A stretch of DNA of 64,000 nucleotides from Parasitella parasitica NRRL 2501 (taxonomy: Eukaryota > Fungi > Mucoromycota). Positions 39,027 through 52,398 of this stretch are shown here, piece by piece. Both the position numbers and the translations under genes were made by a program. The stretch is taken from contig MU619250.1 of the NCBI GenBank assembly GCA_025201805.1, positions 293,179 to 357,178 of the forward strand, read 5' to 3'. Every line of letters starts with the position of its first letter. The first letter of the stretch is position 1. The notes beneath the pieces are model-generated. The model saw only the letters and a program-made list of their open reading frames with translations. It was not told the DNA's origin and made no database searches.

Positions 39027-39818
39027 GTTGTTTATGTTTGTAGTTTGTTTTTTCAACTCTTTGAAGGTATAAGGGGGATGAAAAAAAAAAAAAATAGAAC
39101 AGGTAAATGAAAACTCGGGGTGTTTATATACCTTTGGATGTGTTGCTTGGCAACACAGCGCTTTCGGTCTCAGGTGGCAGGTTTCTTATGTAATCCGTGG
39201 ACTCTTTCCAAACAAAGCAAATGCCATTTTTCATATCCCATTTCATGGAGCACCTCTGATAATCATCTATCAAGTGTCAATGAGTATTACATGCCCATCT
39301 CTTTGAAGCTTTCTGCAGTAAAAGTCTGCACTAAGCGTGTGGCTGAATCAATCAAAATCCACCACATAGCTTTGTGTAGCGTCTAAAAAGTTAAAAATAA
39401 AAAACGTGTATTGCAGGAAACTGGCGTAATACATTACATCCTAGACATTTGTCATTTTCATTGGTGACAAAATGACCAAGTGGCATTTTCCCCTGAGATA
39501 AAACAGTGTATCATGCTGGAAGATACGTAACTAATGGTTATTTGCTGTTCTATTTAGATGACTGTATACCCGCTATTACCCAAGACTTGTTTGTATATAA
39601 TACTGCTTCTTTTCTTTGCCAGTGCACGGCTTAAATGTTCTTTATTTGGTAAAGTGTTTTATTAAGTAAGCAGCCATTTACAACGGAGATACTGACAGGT
39701 TCTGGATCTTCGGTTCCGTCTTGATTAAATAATCAACTATACTCCAATGAAATGTATTAAATGTGGTAATTTTTTTTTTTTTTTTTTTTTTTTTTTTNNN
39801 NNNNNNNNNNNNNNNNNT

Positions 39819-42800
39819 TCAAACTGTTGATAACTCATTGCGATGTTGTTCTGCTAAAGATAATATCGACATGATGCTGTTTTGGTGTTCGACTGTCAAA
39901 TCCTTGGTTAAATGGGCGTATAAATCAGGCTTGTTCTGCTGTACGTCTATATTTAAACAGGGCTGGTATTAGTGCCAATGCAAGCCATCTATGTGTATAA
40001 ATATACATACCTCGGAAGATTTGTTCAAAACATTCATAAGGATCAATCTCATCTAGTGGCGATTTGTACGAGATTTCTTCTTGGATCTCATCATCTGAAC
40101 CCTCACCATTTTCCTGGATCTTTTGACTTGCCAAGAATTCCAAATACTCGGCGTCCTCATCTTGGACATCACCATCTTTCAATTGCGTAAGTTTCCTATT
40201 GGTATTTGTATACATTGAGCTTCATTGGTCTACCTTCATCCTCCTCTTCATCGACTTCTTCATCTTCCTCTGCATCGTCCTGTTCTTGGTCTTCCTGCTC
40301 TTCTTCCTCATCATCTTGCTCACCCTCAGCAGCCTCTTCGCCTTGGGCGTCATTGTCATCTTCGTCATCCCCTCCTTCTTCGTCTTCTTCATCATCAGAA
40401 TCCCCCTGGAGGGTTGTTTCTAGACTTTGTCGATCTGTGTAATCCGAGAAATTAAATGTCCATAAAAAATATATTATATAATCAGAACTTACGTTCAATG
40501 GCAACAGGCAAACTTTCAAATACGACAGACAAACTGGTCAAGATTTGGGGCCATCCAGATTGCAGAGAAACCGGTATACTGTCTGTTGGTAATGCCAATA
40601 AAGAGCACAGCGTAACAATGGCCAACTTCTTATCATGGACTCTATATTCGGTGCAATGAACATCAAACAGAACTGATGCGCTCTGAATAAATACGAACCT
40701 TGAAAACTTGTCTAGGTTTGAAAACCATAGCGAGAAGAATCCTTGGCTCCATTGGTTTTGTTCCAGCACTTGTATTGTCAGAACAGGATTGTAATACAAG
40801 CAGTTGAGAACCTAGAAAACCGCTTTAAAAAAAAATGCTGCTATGGATTCAGGTTTCGCCAGACACTTACAACTTCGATGCAGTAAACCTTGTATTCGGT
40901 TGATTTCATCTGTCCAGAAGTGATGTATGGAAACACCAAGTTCAAAAACGGTGCTATAAACTGAATCATTTTGCTGTTAGATGCCGTATCCATTCCAGAC
41001 TTTTGTAAAGCAATTTACCACATCAACAGCTCCACGACAATGCAGCAATACAGACTCCATCAACTTGCAACCACATATACGGTCCTTTTCGTCCTGCTCG
41101 TCGCTTTTCATAACCCAATTAATCATATCAAATATCATCTGCTTCACTTGCTCATTGGAAGTCAAGACGTCGTTACCATAGGCAACGAAATTATCCAACG
41201 AAGGCAGCATCCCCTGCAGGTATTGGCATCCTGATTCCTTGAATGACCCATAGATTAATTCGAAGACCCCCCACATGGTAGGAGTTACAGTCTTTAAAGA
41301 GAATGTACATGATTCGATAATCTCGTATATTTCGTCGTAAAGATCAAATATGCGATGTTCCAATGTGTAAGTGATTACCGGCAGCAATGTGTGTTCTAGT
41401 TGCTGCAGAATGTCAGGAGTGCTTTCCAAGCTTAAGATTAGTGTTTCGATAGTTTTAAGCACACTCATAGCAGCCATTATCTTTTCGCCTGATTCGTCCG
41501 CGTTGCCGTCTTCGTATCCTCCACTGGATTGAGCGACTTCTTCCATGATCCGCAAAAATGAATCGCGCAGTTGGGTACAGAGCTGGACTGCAAATGGAGT
41601 CAATTGCGTTGCAAATACTTCCACAAAGTTCTCCATTACGTTCGAAAGCTTATCAATGTCGACTTTGTTTGTCAGCTTGAGTAACTCTTGCATGATGAAT
41701 GGCAGGCTGGGAATCATGGCTTCGTATACTGCAATGTTTCATAAGCAACGTGAACATTCATTTGCTACTTGAGGCATACATACCGCTTTCGTGTCTGATC
41801 ATGTGCTGAAGGGCCAAAGCAGCTTGAACTCTGACTGGAAGCTCGGGATCTTGCAAACAAGCTAGGACATTTTGATACAAGATAGCAAGGTTCTAAAGGG
41901 AGGGGGGGGGGAAGATATTTTTTTCAATGAGCCCAGCATCAAGTGTGTACTTGTTGAATATCGTGTACCTGTTCGCTTGAGAAATCCAGATCGCTGAAAT
42001 GTCTTGTAATATCGCATGCCTAACAAAGACGATGATTAGATATACAGTGCAACGCAGATATGTTTTATTGTCGCCTACTCTTGCACGTAAATACGGGAAT
42101 CGACTGTTGAATTCGGGAAACACATGAGTTACAAAGAAGGTCTCCATCATATCTGCCACCTCTGGTGAACTGGTCAAGATAATTGGAGCCAAGGCGCCAA
42201 TCATACACAAAGCGCCGTCTTTATCTCGGCCATTCTTTTGATCCTCGGGCGTCTCCATGTAGCTGTTCAAAACTCCATTTATAAAACCCAAAATGTTCAT
42301 AAAACTGTGCTTTTTACGATTGCTAGCTAAATCAATCAATAATGTAGTCGCATTATGCTGAGCTGAACGAATATCCTCGAAAGGATCTAATATGGCCATG
42401 TTTAAAAAACTGAATAAGCTTCTTTTTTCTTTGGCTACTTTACCAATCTTTTTATGGACATAGTCCACTGCATCTTCAGTCCAAAGTTGATAGTCTTCAT
42501 TAGAAAAGCATAGCTGTGGGAATAAGAATTGAGAAACCAGTGTTTCTGTATGAGGCTTGATGATTTGCCATGTAATTTTGTGCTTGATGCTGTCGTCGAA
42601 AAAGGCTGCTGACAAGGCCAAGCACCTGTTGGACAACCAGTGTTCATTTTTTATCCAGCCATCAATTTGTTTCAAGTAGGTTTGTAAAATATTGGGTGCA
42701 AAGTTGGCAACAAATGATTTAGCAAAAGCAGTGTATTTTGTCAAGGTGGCAGGTAGCAAGGCAGGATTACCATACTTGCTAAATAGCTGATTAAGGCAGC

Positions 42801-43809
42801 AGTAGGCCCATTTTTTTGTCTTCCACCAAACGAACTTTTCCCTTTCTTCCAGATCAACCGGCTGAATCTCGTTGGGAATCTTCTTGTCTACCAATTGAAG
42901 GAACACTGTGCCCCAGCCAACAAGTGATGAGTGGTCTTGCAGGCATTTCGGCAAGTCGACATGAATACTGGAGTGGTATATCTTTAGGGAAAGTTTCAGC
43001 ATTTCGGCGGCTTCAGCTGTTTCTAGTTGCAGAAGTTTATTGCAAATCTGCTGGATTGAGGGAAATGTGAGTTTGATAATTTGCTGCAAAGGCTCTCTTC
43101 GCTCGGTTGATTTCCATCTAATTGCGCACATGTTGGTACTTTCTTCTCTCATTGATCTTTTTTACACTTACTGATACACTTTGACTACCTCTCGAAGAGC
43201 AACTAAACCAACGTAAACAATCCGGATGTCATCTGAAGTAAGAAACGCTTCCAACTCAGTAATAAAAGCTGGCCAGTTTTGAGGGAAATCAGCGTTCAAA
43301 ATGATATACAATGAAGCAGCTAATTGCACTCTATGAATCTGCTATTGAGTACAAGCCGTTGACAGATCCAAAAATTCGAGCAAACTTACTGTATGGCAGG
43401 AGGAGCAGTAATGAATGCGTGAAGAATTTCCTTTTTAATGACAGCTTTATCGTCCTCTGCCAGTCCTTTTGGAAGGCTCCACTGCTTATGCACCCGATTT
43501 TTGAAGTAAATGGCAGCTATGTTTCCATGGCTTTAGAAGAGAGAAACCCATTTTCACTGAATCAAGTAGCCTACCTGCTTGTTTCGCGCCCAATTCTAAC
43601 CCTTCAGAGGCTAGAATTTGCAATACTACAGGCAAAAACCCTGCTTCAAACTCGACCTAAACAACAGAGAGGGAAAAAGTGTTAAGTTTTAATGACTGTA
43701 TCAAAAAATTTATCATTACATTTCTGATATTTATCTCGGCCTGTTTGTGGATGTTGGGGTCAGGATGGTATGTAGAGACAAACAACTGATAAACCGCGTT
43801 TTGATCCAT
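39819..43809 (-). CDS. NMD5: Importin-7/8 (NMD5/SXM1) karyopherin, multi-exon, acidic C-terminus
   Basis: IBN_N start, [65 protein letters not shown]-rich tail. Confidence 0.9.
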
Positions 43810-46800
43810 GATTATTGGTCGCTTGCTTGATTTAAACAGTTTGTGTGGTAATAACAAGAAATGGTGTATTTGAAAATTGGTGTCTTGGTTTTACACCTTT
43901 GAGTAACTTTGGAGTTTCAAATGGCCTTCATTATATAAATGTCACTATCAGCGGTTGCAGTTAAATTGATGTCCAATTAACGATTATCGACTATTTAACA
44001 TTGAAGAAAATAAATACATCTTGAAATATCCGAACTGAAGCATCAAGGTTTAAGGCCTTCGATGATTTACTGCTATTTTTTGTTAACATGAAAAATAAAA
44101 ATAAAAAGCTTCTTGTGCTTTATATTGGCATTCTTTTGAAATAATCCTTCTATAAAATAGAATAATGTTATCTCAAATTATGCATGTTTTTCACTCAATT
44201 ATTTGATTTAAAGCATTTCTTACGATAAACGCGATTGGTACGGAACGAGGAGACTAGCGCGAGATAATTTCCAAAATTCAGGTACATTTCATTGACATGA
44301 TGAAGTGTGAAAAGTTCATGGCTGCGTTTATTTTCAAGCTCACATAGATTTGACCAAGATAATATGCTCATCAATTTATCTAAAATTTTACTACTGGTAA
44401 AAAGACATGGAACTTGGCGATGATGGTTTATTCGAAAAGAGTAGTCAGTAAGGCGATATATTTAATCTTTATGTTAAAAATACATATACCCACCTACAAA
44501 CCTTCTTAACAAACAGGCAAATGAAGAGTCTTTCATACTTGCTGGATATTGCCATAATCAGGGCTATTCGATGTATATTTTACTTTTACTCGGCGACGTA
44601 TACATCAAAAGTTATGAGCAAATTGCTAACTTTCTTTTACATTCCAAATCGCATTCCAAATTTGGAAGCCCAGGATAGGAAATCCAATCTAATTTATTAA
44701 ATGTTCTTGACAGTTTCTGACATGATAGAAGCTAAAGCGCCTAATTATTTTAGGAGACTTCAATTATGACTATGGGAAAAACATCGACAACATTACTTGC
44801 ATAATTAGGAAATTTGCAAGGCTGGGTTGGCTTTTTTAGATCAAATCTTTCATAATTGCTTATTCCACACCAATATTCCAAATTTCCAACGAGCATACTT
44901 TGCCGTTGACTCCGTTTTTGCAGGATCCTCTCTACGGCTTCGATTCAACGATACGTTTTTCAGTTTTATTTTTCGATCATGGTCAGATCATGTAACTTTA
45001 GGAGTAAACTAAAAATCTGCTTTATGGTGCAGTAACCCTGCATGTGCAGACAACATCAATTGGAACGGAAAAAATACTGCTAGAAATAAGAGCCTGCAGA
45101 GCAAAGCCATCGTCATCAAGTAATGATTGAGAGGCTGGAAAGAATATTTTAGAAATGACAGGGTATCCAAAAGACAGCTTATGAATCTCTTTATAATTAT
45201 ATTTTGAAACAGAAGAGAGTTAGTGGAAAAGGTGATTTATCATGGTAAGAAAGTAAGTTGGCATATTGAAGCGTAAAAGATTGTTTCTTTGATTGCTACT
45301 ATTCCAGTGGTTCGTTGTTGTGGAATTAAAGCAGACACATAAGGAAAGAACCAGTAATTGGTACCGTAGCAGGTGTCCGTTATGGAGATCAAATAATACT
45401 AATAAAAAGTTCGTAGGGTCCAACTATTTCAGCTATGTATCATACGTATCAAAAACTTGCTTTTAAACAGACACAGTGTACGTATGCTTTATTTAAATAC
45501 CTCATTCTGTATGGCATCACCAATTATGGGGCTTTTGATATATAGTCGCTCAAATAAGCTCAATATTAAAGGCCTTATTTTTAATATGCACTTCATTTAT
45601 GAAAACGTACTGATTTAATTATAGATGATATAGGTATTTCACCAACATTTGCACAAAACTGCACTTTGGTAAGCAATATCTCAGCATGCAGGTATCTCCT
45701 GACGCTCAATGTTATTCAAACAATCTTTCTCGAGCAGGGCGATAGATTTCACAGCACTATTCCGTCTTTATAGAACCGTTATATTTTCTCCTTTTTTTTC
45801 ATGAGCAAGAACTCGAGAACAATAGAATTTTTACAATCAATATCAAATGATGCCTATAATAATTTCAGTTTCCTCTGCTTCAGCTCCTAATGTGGTAAAT
45901 GCTCTCTGAGCCACACTTTATTTTTAATATAAATATGATAAACCAATAGAACCCCTTTTTCCCTTATATTTTCCAATGCTAGCTAATAGTAATAAATTCA
46001 ATTTTTTTTTTGGGAGGGATCATCATAATAAACTAAACGAAATTACCAAAATTGATGCCAAGGGTGGGCATTTATCACATTATTCGCTTCCGCTTCAGAA
46101 ACGTCTTGTTTATTTCAAACTGAAGAGCTAAAAAAATTGATTTAAATGCAGTTTTTAAAAGGACCAAGAATTCTCTGCTCTAGATTAGCAATATCAAAAA
46201 GACTTGAATTTATAGTTTTTTTTTTTAAATTGTGTTTATTGATTGAGCCGCGTACTATAGGATATGAGTTCCTATCGAAGAGGCGGGTGCAATTGAGATA
46301 AAATATAATGTTATAGATAATACCCATGAGTATGGTACATCACTGTATTACATCAGAAATAACCCAGCGATTGTTTAAGGTATGGCATTATCCTGCTCTT
46401 GCAGACATATGCCACATCTCGTATAAATAATAATGATAAGAACAATAAAAAAGTTAGTGAGATAAGAAAAAAACTATTTTAAAAACAAGAGAACTAAAAT
46501 GGCAATGCTAGCTACAGAATTGTATGGCATTGATCCTCCCCAATGGCCTGATGGACAGAGGATCAGATACTAGCCAGAATTGTTGTAGGTACCATTGGCG
46601 TTTGGTTAAAGATAAATCGCATATGAGCGAGCCAGAGTTGAGATAAAGAGATGAGGAGGATTTTGTAAATTTATAGTTTACAATTCTCGTTTTTGCAAAG
46701 TCAACAAAGGAGTTCTGCCTTTTAGCGATTAAAGGCAGATGTGGAGTACATAACGAGATACCCATTGTGTTGTCTATTGAGCTGCTATTGAATTTCGAGG

Positions 46801-46914
46801 ATCAGCACCATCAATGAAATATGTATCATCTATTTTTCGATCAACTTCCTTTTAGCTTTCTGGTTTTTTCTTTCTTCTTTCCTCTTCTATTTATTTTCTT
46901 TATTGCAAAACAAC

Positions 46915-48346
46915 ATGCCTTATGATTCACTTGAGGGTTGCTATAGAGAGACGGACATAGTAAACTGCATCAATATACCACCTCTACTGCATATGTTTAT
47001 TGTGAATGCAGTTTGGGCATGTGTGATCGGAATGATAGGTTTGTGTTTTTGATAAAACCAAGTTCAATAAACGATAATGAAAATTAACTTCTTATGTCAT
47101 CTAAACAATAGGTTTTGGGTTGTTATGGCATCGAGTCATCAACAAGAAATTGCCTATCTTTTATGTTGGATCAGGATATTTCATCAGACCAAAGCCCATT
47201 GAATCCATGTTACTATTTTTTTCGCTTTCTAATATAGGTAAGCTTTATAAAAATACATATTATTTAACAGCATCTTAATCCGTGTTCGCATAGTCGACTG
47301 CGTGAAAACTGCATTACTTCTCACTGATAAATCTCCCGGTGCAATCTTGTTATCAAGTAAATACGATACCAATAGACACACATCTATTCTAACAGTAATG
47401 CACAGTTATATGTTTACAACCGCGGGTATTTGCCACCTGTGCATTTTCATGCTATCTTTTTGGGATTGCTCATACAGTCTGCAGCGTATGTGTTGCTTCA
47501 TCTGAAATATAATGAGTGCTTATTCTTGGCTAAAAAAAGAATAAAAATAGACCTACAAATTTGGAGAGCAACGTTTCAAAATGTCAAAGAGAATCGACAT
47601 TATTTTCACCATATTCCTTATATTGCCATTCGTTACCACCAACATCTGTGCTATTGGATTAAACATTTCTATTAATCAGAACAACTCAGAAGATGCTTGG
47701 ATATTTTTCGACATAGAGTATCTTCAGTGGTTGGTGTATTGGCCTATCTTGGTCATTTGGATTTTGCTTGCGGGATTTCGGCTGATCAAGATTTTGAAAA
47801 AACATTTGCACCACCAAATCAGCCACGGCAACAGCGAATCTATTCAGAAGAGTCGACTTGCTATATTCAAAGTATGGCAACCACAGTCAACCTAAAGCCT
47901 ATACAAAAAAAAAATACTAAATGCATATTACACAGGTTTGCATGACCATGACAATTGGCAGCTGTTCCATAATTATTTTTGTATTAGCTCAATGCTTGTA
48001 TACATTCATGGAGGACTATTTTTCAAACAACTTGGAGGGAACAGTCATTTGTTTTGGTATTATAATATATCATAGCACGTTGGCTTCTACGCTGATTATT
48101 ATTACCATGGTATTCAAGTGAGTTATGCTCATTACAAATGCATTGAAATGTTATAATAATCTTTTAAATTCATATAGTCCCAAAGCATTTCATCCTCTTG
48201 ACGCAACTTCTCCTAGTGCAGATGAATTGCCTGAATCTCACGATAACACTGATGCCACCGAATCTAAGTGTGCGAGACCCACGGACGAATCTACTCTAGC
48301 AGTAAGCCCCATTGAGACCTCAGAAAAGATACCTTTGATCGTATAA
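46915..48346 (+). CDS. Hypothetical multi-pass membrane protein, possibly 7TM/GPCR-like; may be degenerate
   Basis: Series of hydrophobic exons with GT-AG introns (FIVNAVWACVIG, RPKPIESMLLFF, LVYWPILVIWILLAG, CSIIIFVLAQCL) and a polar tail; frame across one middle exon unresolved. Confidence 0.5.
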
Positions 48347-48787
48347 TGAACAAAATGGCATGTCAGCTCTGCAACTCATGCCATCATCTATATATATATT
48401 TTTTACACGCTTCGTAAAAAACAGTCGAATAAAGCAAAACAAGCATCAACAGGAAGGAATACAGTTAACAAATGCTTTGGTTGGTCTTTTCAATTTTATT
48501 CCAGCTTGTTGGTTTTTGAGAAGTCAACGTTGAGCCAAGAGCATCTCATTTTTAGAAACTAATTAAAAATACGTAAACGCTTCAGAAAATTATAAGCGAA
48601 ATATGTGCGTATGAAACAAAGCATGAAATAAATGATGAATTTTCATTAAAATAAAAGTTCTCTAAACAAAGTAAATAATGTTGAAAGTCGGGCGAAAAGC
48701 TTGAGTCTCTCGAAAATCCCTTTTTTAAGCTGTACACTCTGTTCTATTTAATAAGATGTTGACACTTTTTATTACTACGAATACAAA

Positions 48788-49321
48788 ATGCCCGCTATTA
48801 GAATCTGCTCAAGCTGTGGTCAAGAAGGCCATTCAAGTTCTACAAGCAGGCTTTGCCTCGATAACACCTCTGCTAATACTAACACTTTCGCAAGCTGTGG
48901 TCGTATAGGCCATCGTCGATCTTCTCATCGTGATTGCGCTAACAACACTGCTAATCGTATGTCTCAAATTTGTTTTCATTTTATAATCATAATCGAACTT
49001 TTTGTATAAACTAGGACCTCAACCTCAAGCTGTGGAGAAGAAGGCCATTTGCGATCTACCAGTAAAATGTGCGCCAAGTCAACGCACAACAATACTCATA
49101 ACATGGCCAGAAGGGTTACATCCTCTTTCACTGAATGCCATGATTTTGGTGGAATGAACAGCATCTGTCGCCATTGTCAAGCACGCATGTGGGCATCAGA
49201 GAAGAATGAAAGCACCATTGCAAACCCCGATTTCCCTTTGTGTTGTGGCAAGGGAAAGCCAGTTATATATTGTTTTCTCGCGCCTTACGCAGCCATCTTC
49301 AATCAAAATTCTCTTGGATAG
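48788..49321 (+). mobile_element. Helitron RepHel 5' remnant
   Basis: Three CGxxGHxxxxxxxC zinc-knuckle-like repeats followed by GGMNSICRHCQARMWASEK...FPLCCGKGK, which resembles the Cys cluster preceding the Helitron Rep domain; truncated afterwards. Confidence 0.7.
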
Positions 49322-50069
49322 AAATACCTCAACTATCAAAAACTAAACAGGATCATACACCGATAATATTATATTCCATGAAGTATTTAAATAACTCTAC
49401 TGCTTTATATATTTTTTCCCATTGTGCCTTACTACATCTATATTGTAATTTCTGTCTAACAATGTACTTTAAATTACAAAAGATTGAACTCCCGATAGAG
49501 CGAGGATGGCCGTCGTGGGCGAAGTGAGCCAAAGTGGTATTATTGCTTTGTAAAATTTATTTTCACTAAAAGAGATGTATGGTTGTTGAATGATCAAATC
49601 AATCATTGAATTGATATTTGACATAAAACAAAATATATAAAGTTCAGCCAAGTAATTCATTGTTAATTACTAATATTTTTTTGTTAAGAAAATGTCTTTT
49701 TAACTGTTGTTTTGCTGTTTGATGACGAAAGGATCTTCATATACTCTTTTTCGACTATAATCTTTATGTTACTACAACAAACCAGCAGCTTAATACTAAG
49801 CTTTACGCAAATGATCTTCTAATGGCTGGTTTCATCAAATTGTTAGTATAGATATTCTGAACGACACATCTTTTATCAAGAACATCTTTTTATTATTGTT
49901 GATGATATTTTATTATGCATCCTACTGTCCATTATTCGATTTAGTAATCCGTGCAATTGCAGGCAAGACAAACATATAAATTGCTGATGCATCATCAAAT
50001 TAGTAGAGTAAGGTCTTCAAATCTCATTCTTCTAAGGACGCAGCACGGATAAATAAAAAATACCGCTTA

Positions 50070-50536
50070 CAGTGAAAACAGTGCCAAAGGGCGGTTTTTG
50101 AGATTGAGGGGCGGGGAATAAAATACCAATGAACGGTTTTATTTTCCTCAAAAGGCAGTTTTTTTTTTCAAAGGGCGGCTTATTTATTTTCAAAGGGCGT
50201 TTTTTTGTAATATCAAAGGGCGGTTTTTTTTTCTTCATATAACTTGACAAAAGAACAAAATGAGTGCTATTTTTCTTTACGAGGACGGACAAGAAAAAAT
50301 ATATAACCAAAGTGGAAATGACGCTATGGATGTGGAAGAGGATGTTAATCCATACCATCTGGAAACCTTAACTAACATCAGACGTTACTGCGAATCTCAG
50401 GGACCAGAACAAGAGTCGCTTATTAAAGACCTGTATTTTGAATATGAGTTTGCGTTGAGGAAAATAAAACCGTTCATTGGTATTTTATTCCCCGCCCCTC
50501 AATCTCAAAAACCGCCCTTTGGCACTGTTTTCACTG
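50070..50536 (+). mobile_element. Non-autonomous Tc1/mariner-type element (MITE-like), 467 bp, 82 bp TIRs, TA target duplication
   Basis: TIRs 50070-50151 and 50455-50536 (TA|CAGTGAAAACAGTGCC...GGCACTGTTTTCACTG|TA); internal CAAAGGGCGG repeats; internal ORF start at 50260. Confidence 0.9.
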
Positions 50537-50886
50537 TATTTTATTTATTCCTGATAAAGAGATTTGAAACTCGCAGATGCGAATTTTTATGCTTCGCGAA
50601 CACTGTGGGTAAAATATGCAGGAACCAAGCATTTTACAGCAATCATAGTTTATCGCTTGAGGGTATTAAATCCCCACAGATAAGGATGGTATAAACGTAG
50701 TGTATCAAGACTACCAAGTTTTAAGACGTGTGTGCCTCCTTCTTTTTTGTTTCTTTATTCAGTCCTTTTTTTGCTTTTGTTTTTTTTTTATCGTTTTTCA
50801 TTTCGAATCATAAAATACCCTTTGAATTTAATTTATACCATATAATATATATATATATATATATACCTTGTCTTTGTTTAAAAAAA

Positions 50887-51179
50887 ATGAATCCATTCTC
50901 AGGTCCACCAGACTCTTTCAATAACATACAGCAAATAGGTGATACGCCGTCCTCGAACTTTTTACCTCCATTTCCAATGGACATGTCAGCGTCTATGCCA
51001 TCTTCGGATATAATAGGCTGGCCATCAATGGAAAACGATTTTGTAGCAAATTTGATGCCTGTAGCAAGTTTACCAATGTCACAATTAAACACAAGCACCT
51101 ATTATTCTCCCAGTGTAAATGACGCTCCAGTTGACCCCATGTTGGATAATCAACAAGCTCAAATGATGATGCTTTTGAT

Positions 51180-51211
<32 letters not shown>

Positions 51212-51369
51212 CACAGCAGCAACCACAGCAGCAGCAGCAACAACTACTGCAGCAAGAAATGCAAAACCAGCAATTTTTACTTTTACAGGAACAACAACAA
51301 CAACAACTGCAGCTACAGCAACAACAGCAATTACAGGCAAGACGTGCATCTCAACAGCAAAGAATGTAC

Positions 51370-51404
<35 letters not shown>

Positions 51405-52291
51405 ATTAAGCAGCCAACCGCCACATTGGTTTATCAAGCAACAACAAGCAAAGCTAATGAAACAGAACATGAATATGTCTGCACCACTTTCACCTGTTCA
51501 GATTCAGTCGCCACCTTCTTTGCCTTCAAACAAGCCCATGCTTGAAACTGATGTTGTCATGTCAAAACAAATTGAATTGGTAAAATGTGCTATATACAAG
51601 TATGCCCTATGGGATTACTGACCATTTATTCAGATTTTAACTATAAATCAAGAGATAATTCGGCTTTGTCTCGAACATCAACAGCCTAATCTAACACAAC
51701 GAGAACCTGATTTGATGTTATATCGAATGAAATTGCAGTCCAACTTGACGTATCTTGCAACAATGGCTGATATATCGATGACAAAACCCGAAGATGTAAG
51801 TACGAGTCGAAATACGCAACGTTTAATACGTTTAACCAGATTAACACTGTTTTTTTTCTCTCAAGCAAATGAAACTGCCAGCTCCTCCTGATTTGTCAAT
51901 GCTGCCAACACCATTTACGCCTACTGCACATAAGATTCATAGATTGTATGAAACAGCACAGAGATTATTTTACAGACAACCGCAGCAGTATCAACAGCAA
52001 CAACAACTACCTCAAGACGAACCTAGCATGTCTCCACACCCTCAACAGTTAATGATGCGCCAACATCAACAGCAACAAATGCACCAACAACCAGATTACA
52101 ATAAAATGATGATGATGCAACAACAACAGCAAATATTACAACAGCAGCAATTTCAACAGCAACAAGGTAATTTCATGGTTAATAGTTTGAGTGGCGGTGG
52201 TGGCGGTAATAGTAGTAGCAGCAGTAGTAGTAGTGTAAATAACAATTACATGTATCCTTTAACTCAAATGATGACTTCTCCAAGATATTAA
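50887..52291 (+). CDS. Glutamine-rich protein with an SS18/SSXT (SNH)-like domain, 3 exons
   Basis: Spliced KQIELILTINQEIIRLCLEHQ...YRMKLQSNLTYLATMAD resembles the SNH consensus LHRNLVYLATIAD; flanked by polyQ/M/P tracts. Confidence 0.65.
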
Positions 52292-52398
52292 TAAAAAACT
52301 CAAATTTTTAAATGCACGCGGTAAAACTTTCATGATATGTCTAAAGCAGAGAGAAAAATTAGCCTCTCTCTTTCTCTTCTATTCGCTTTCCTCTCCAC

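Noticed and set aside
42387-42443. Stop-free 57 nt intron in NMD5
   Set aside because: Real but short enough to be open by chance; no functional hint
19378-50536. Transposase N-terminal piece (50 kb) and C-terminal pieces (19-21 kb) as halves of one split element
   Set aside because: TIR sequences and subterminal repeats differ, indicating separate families
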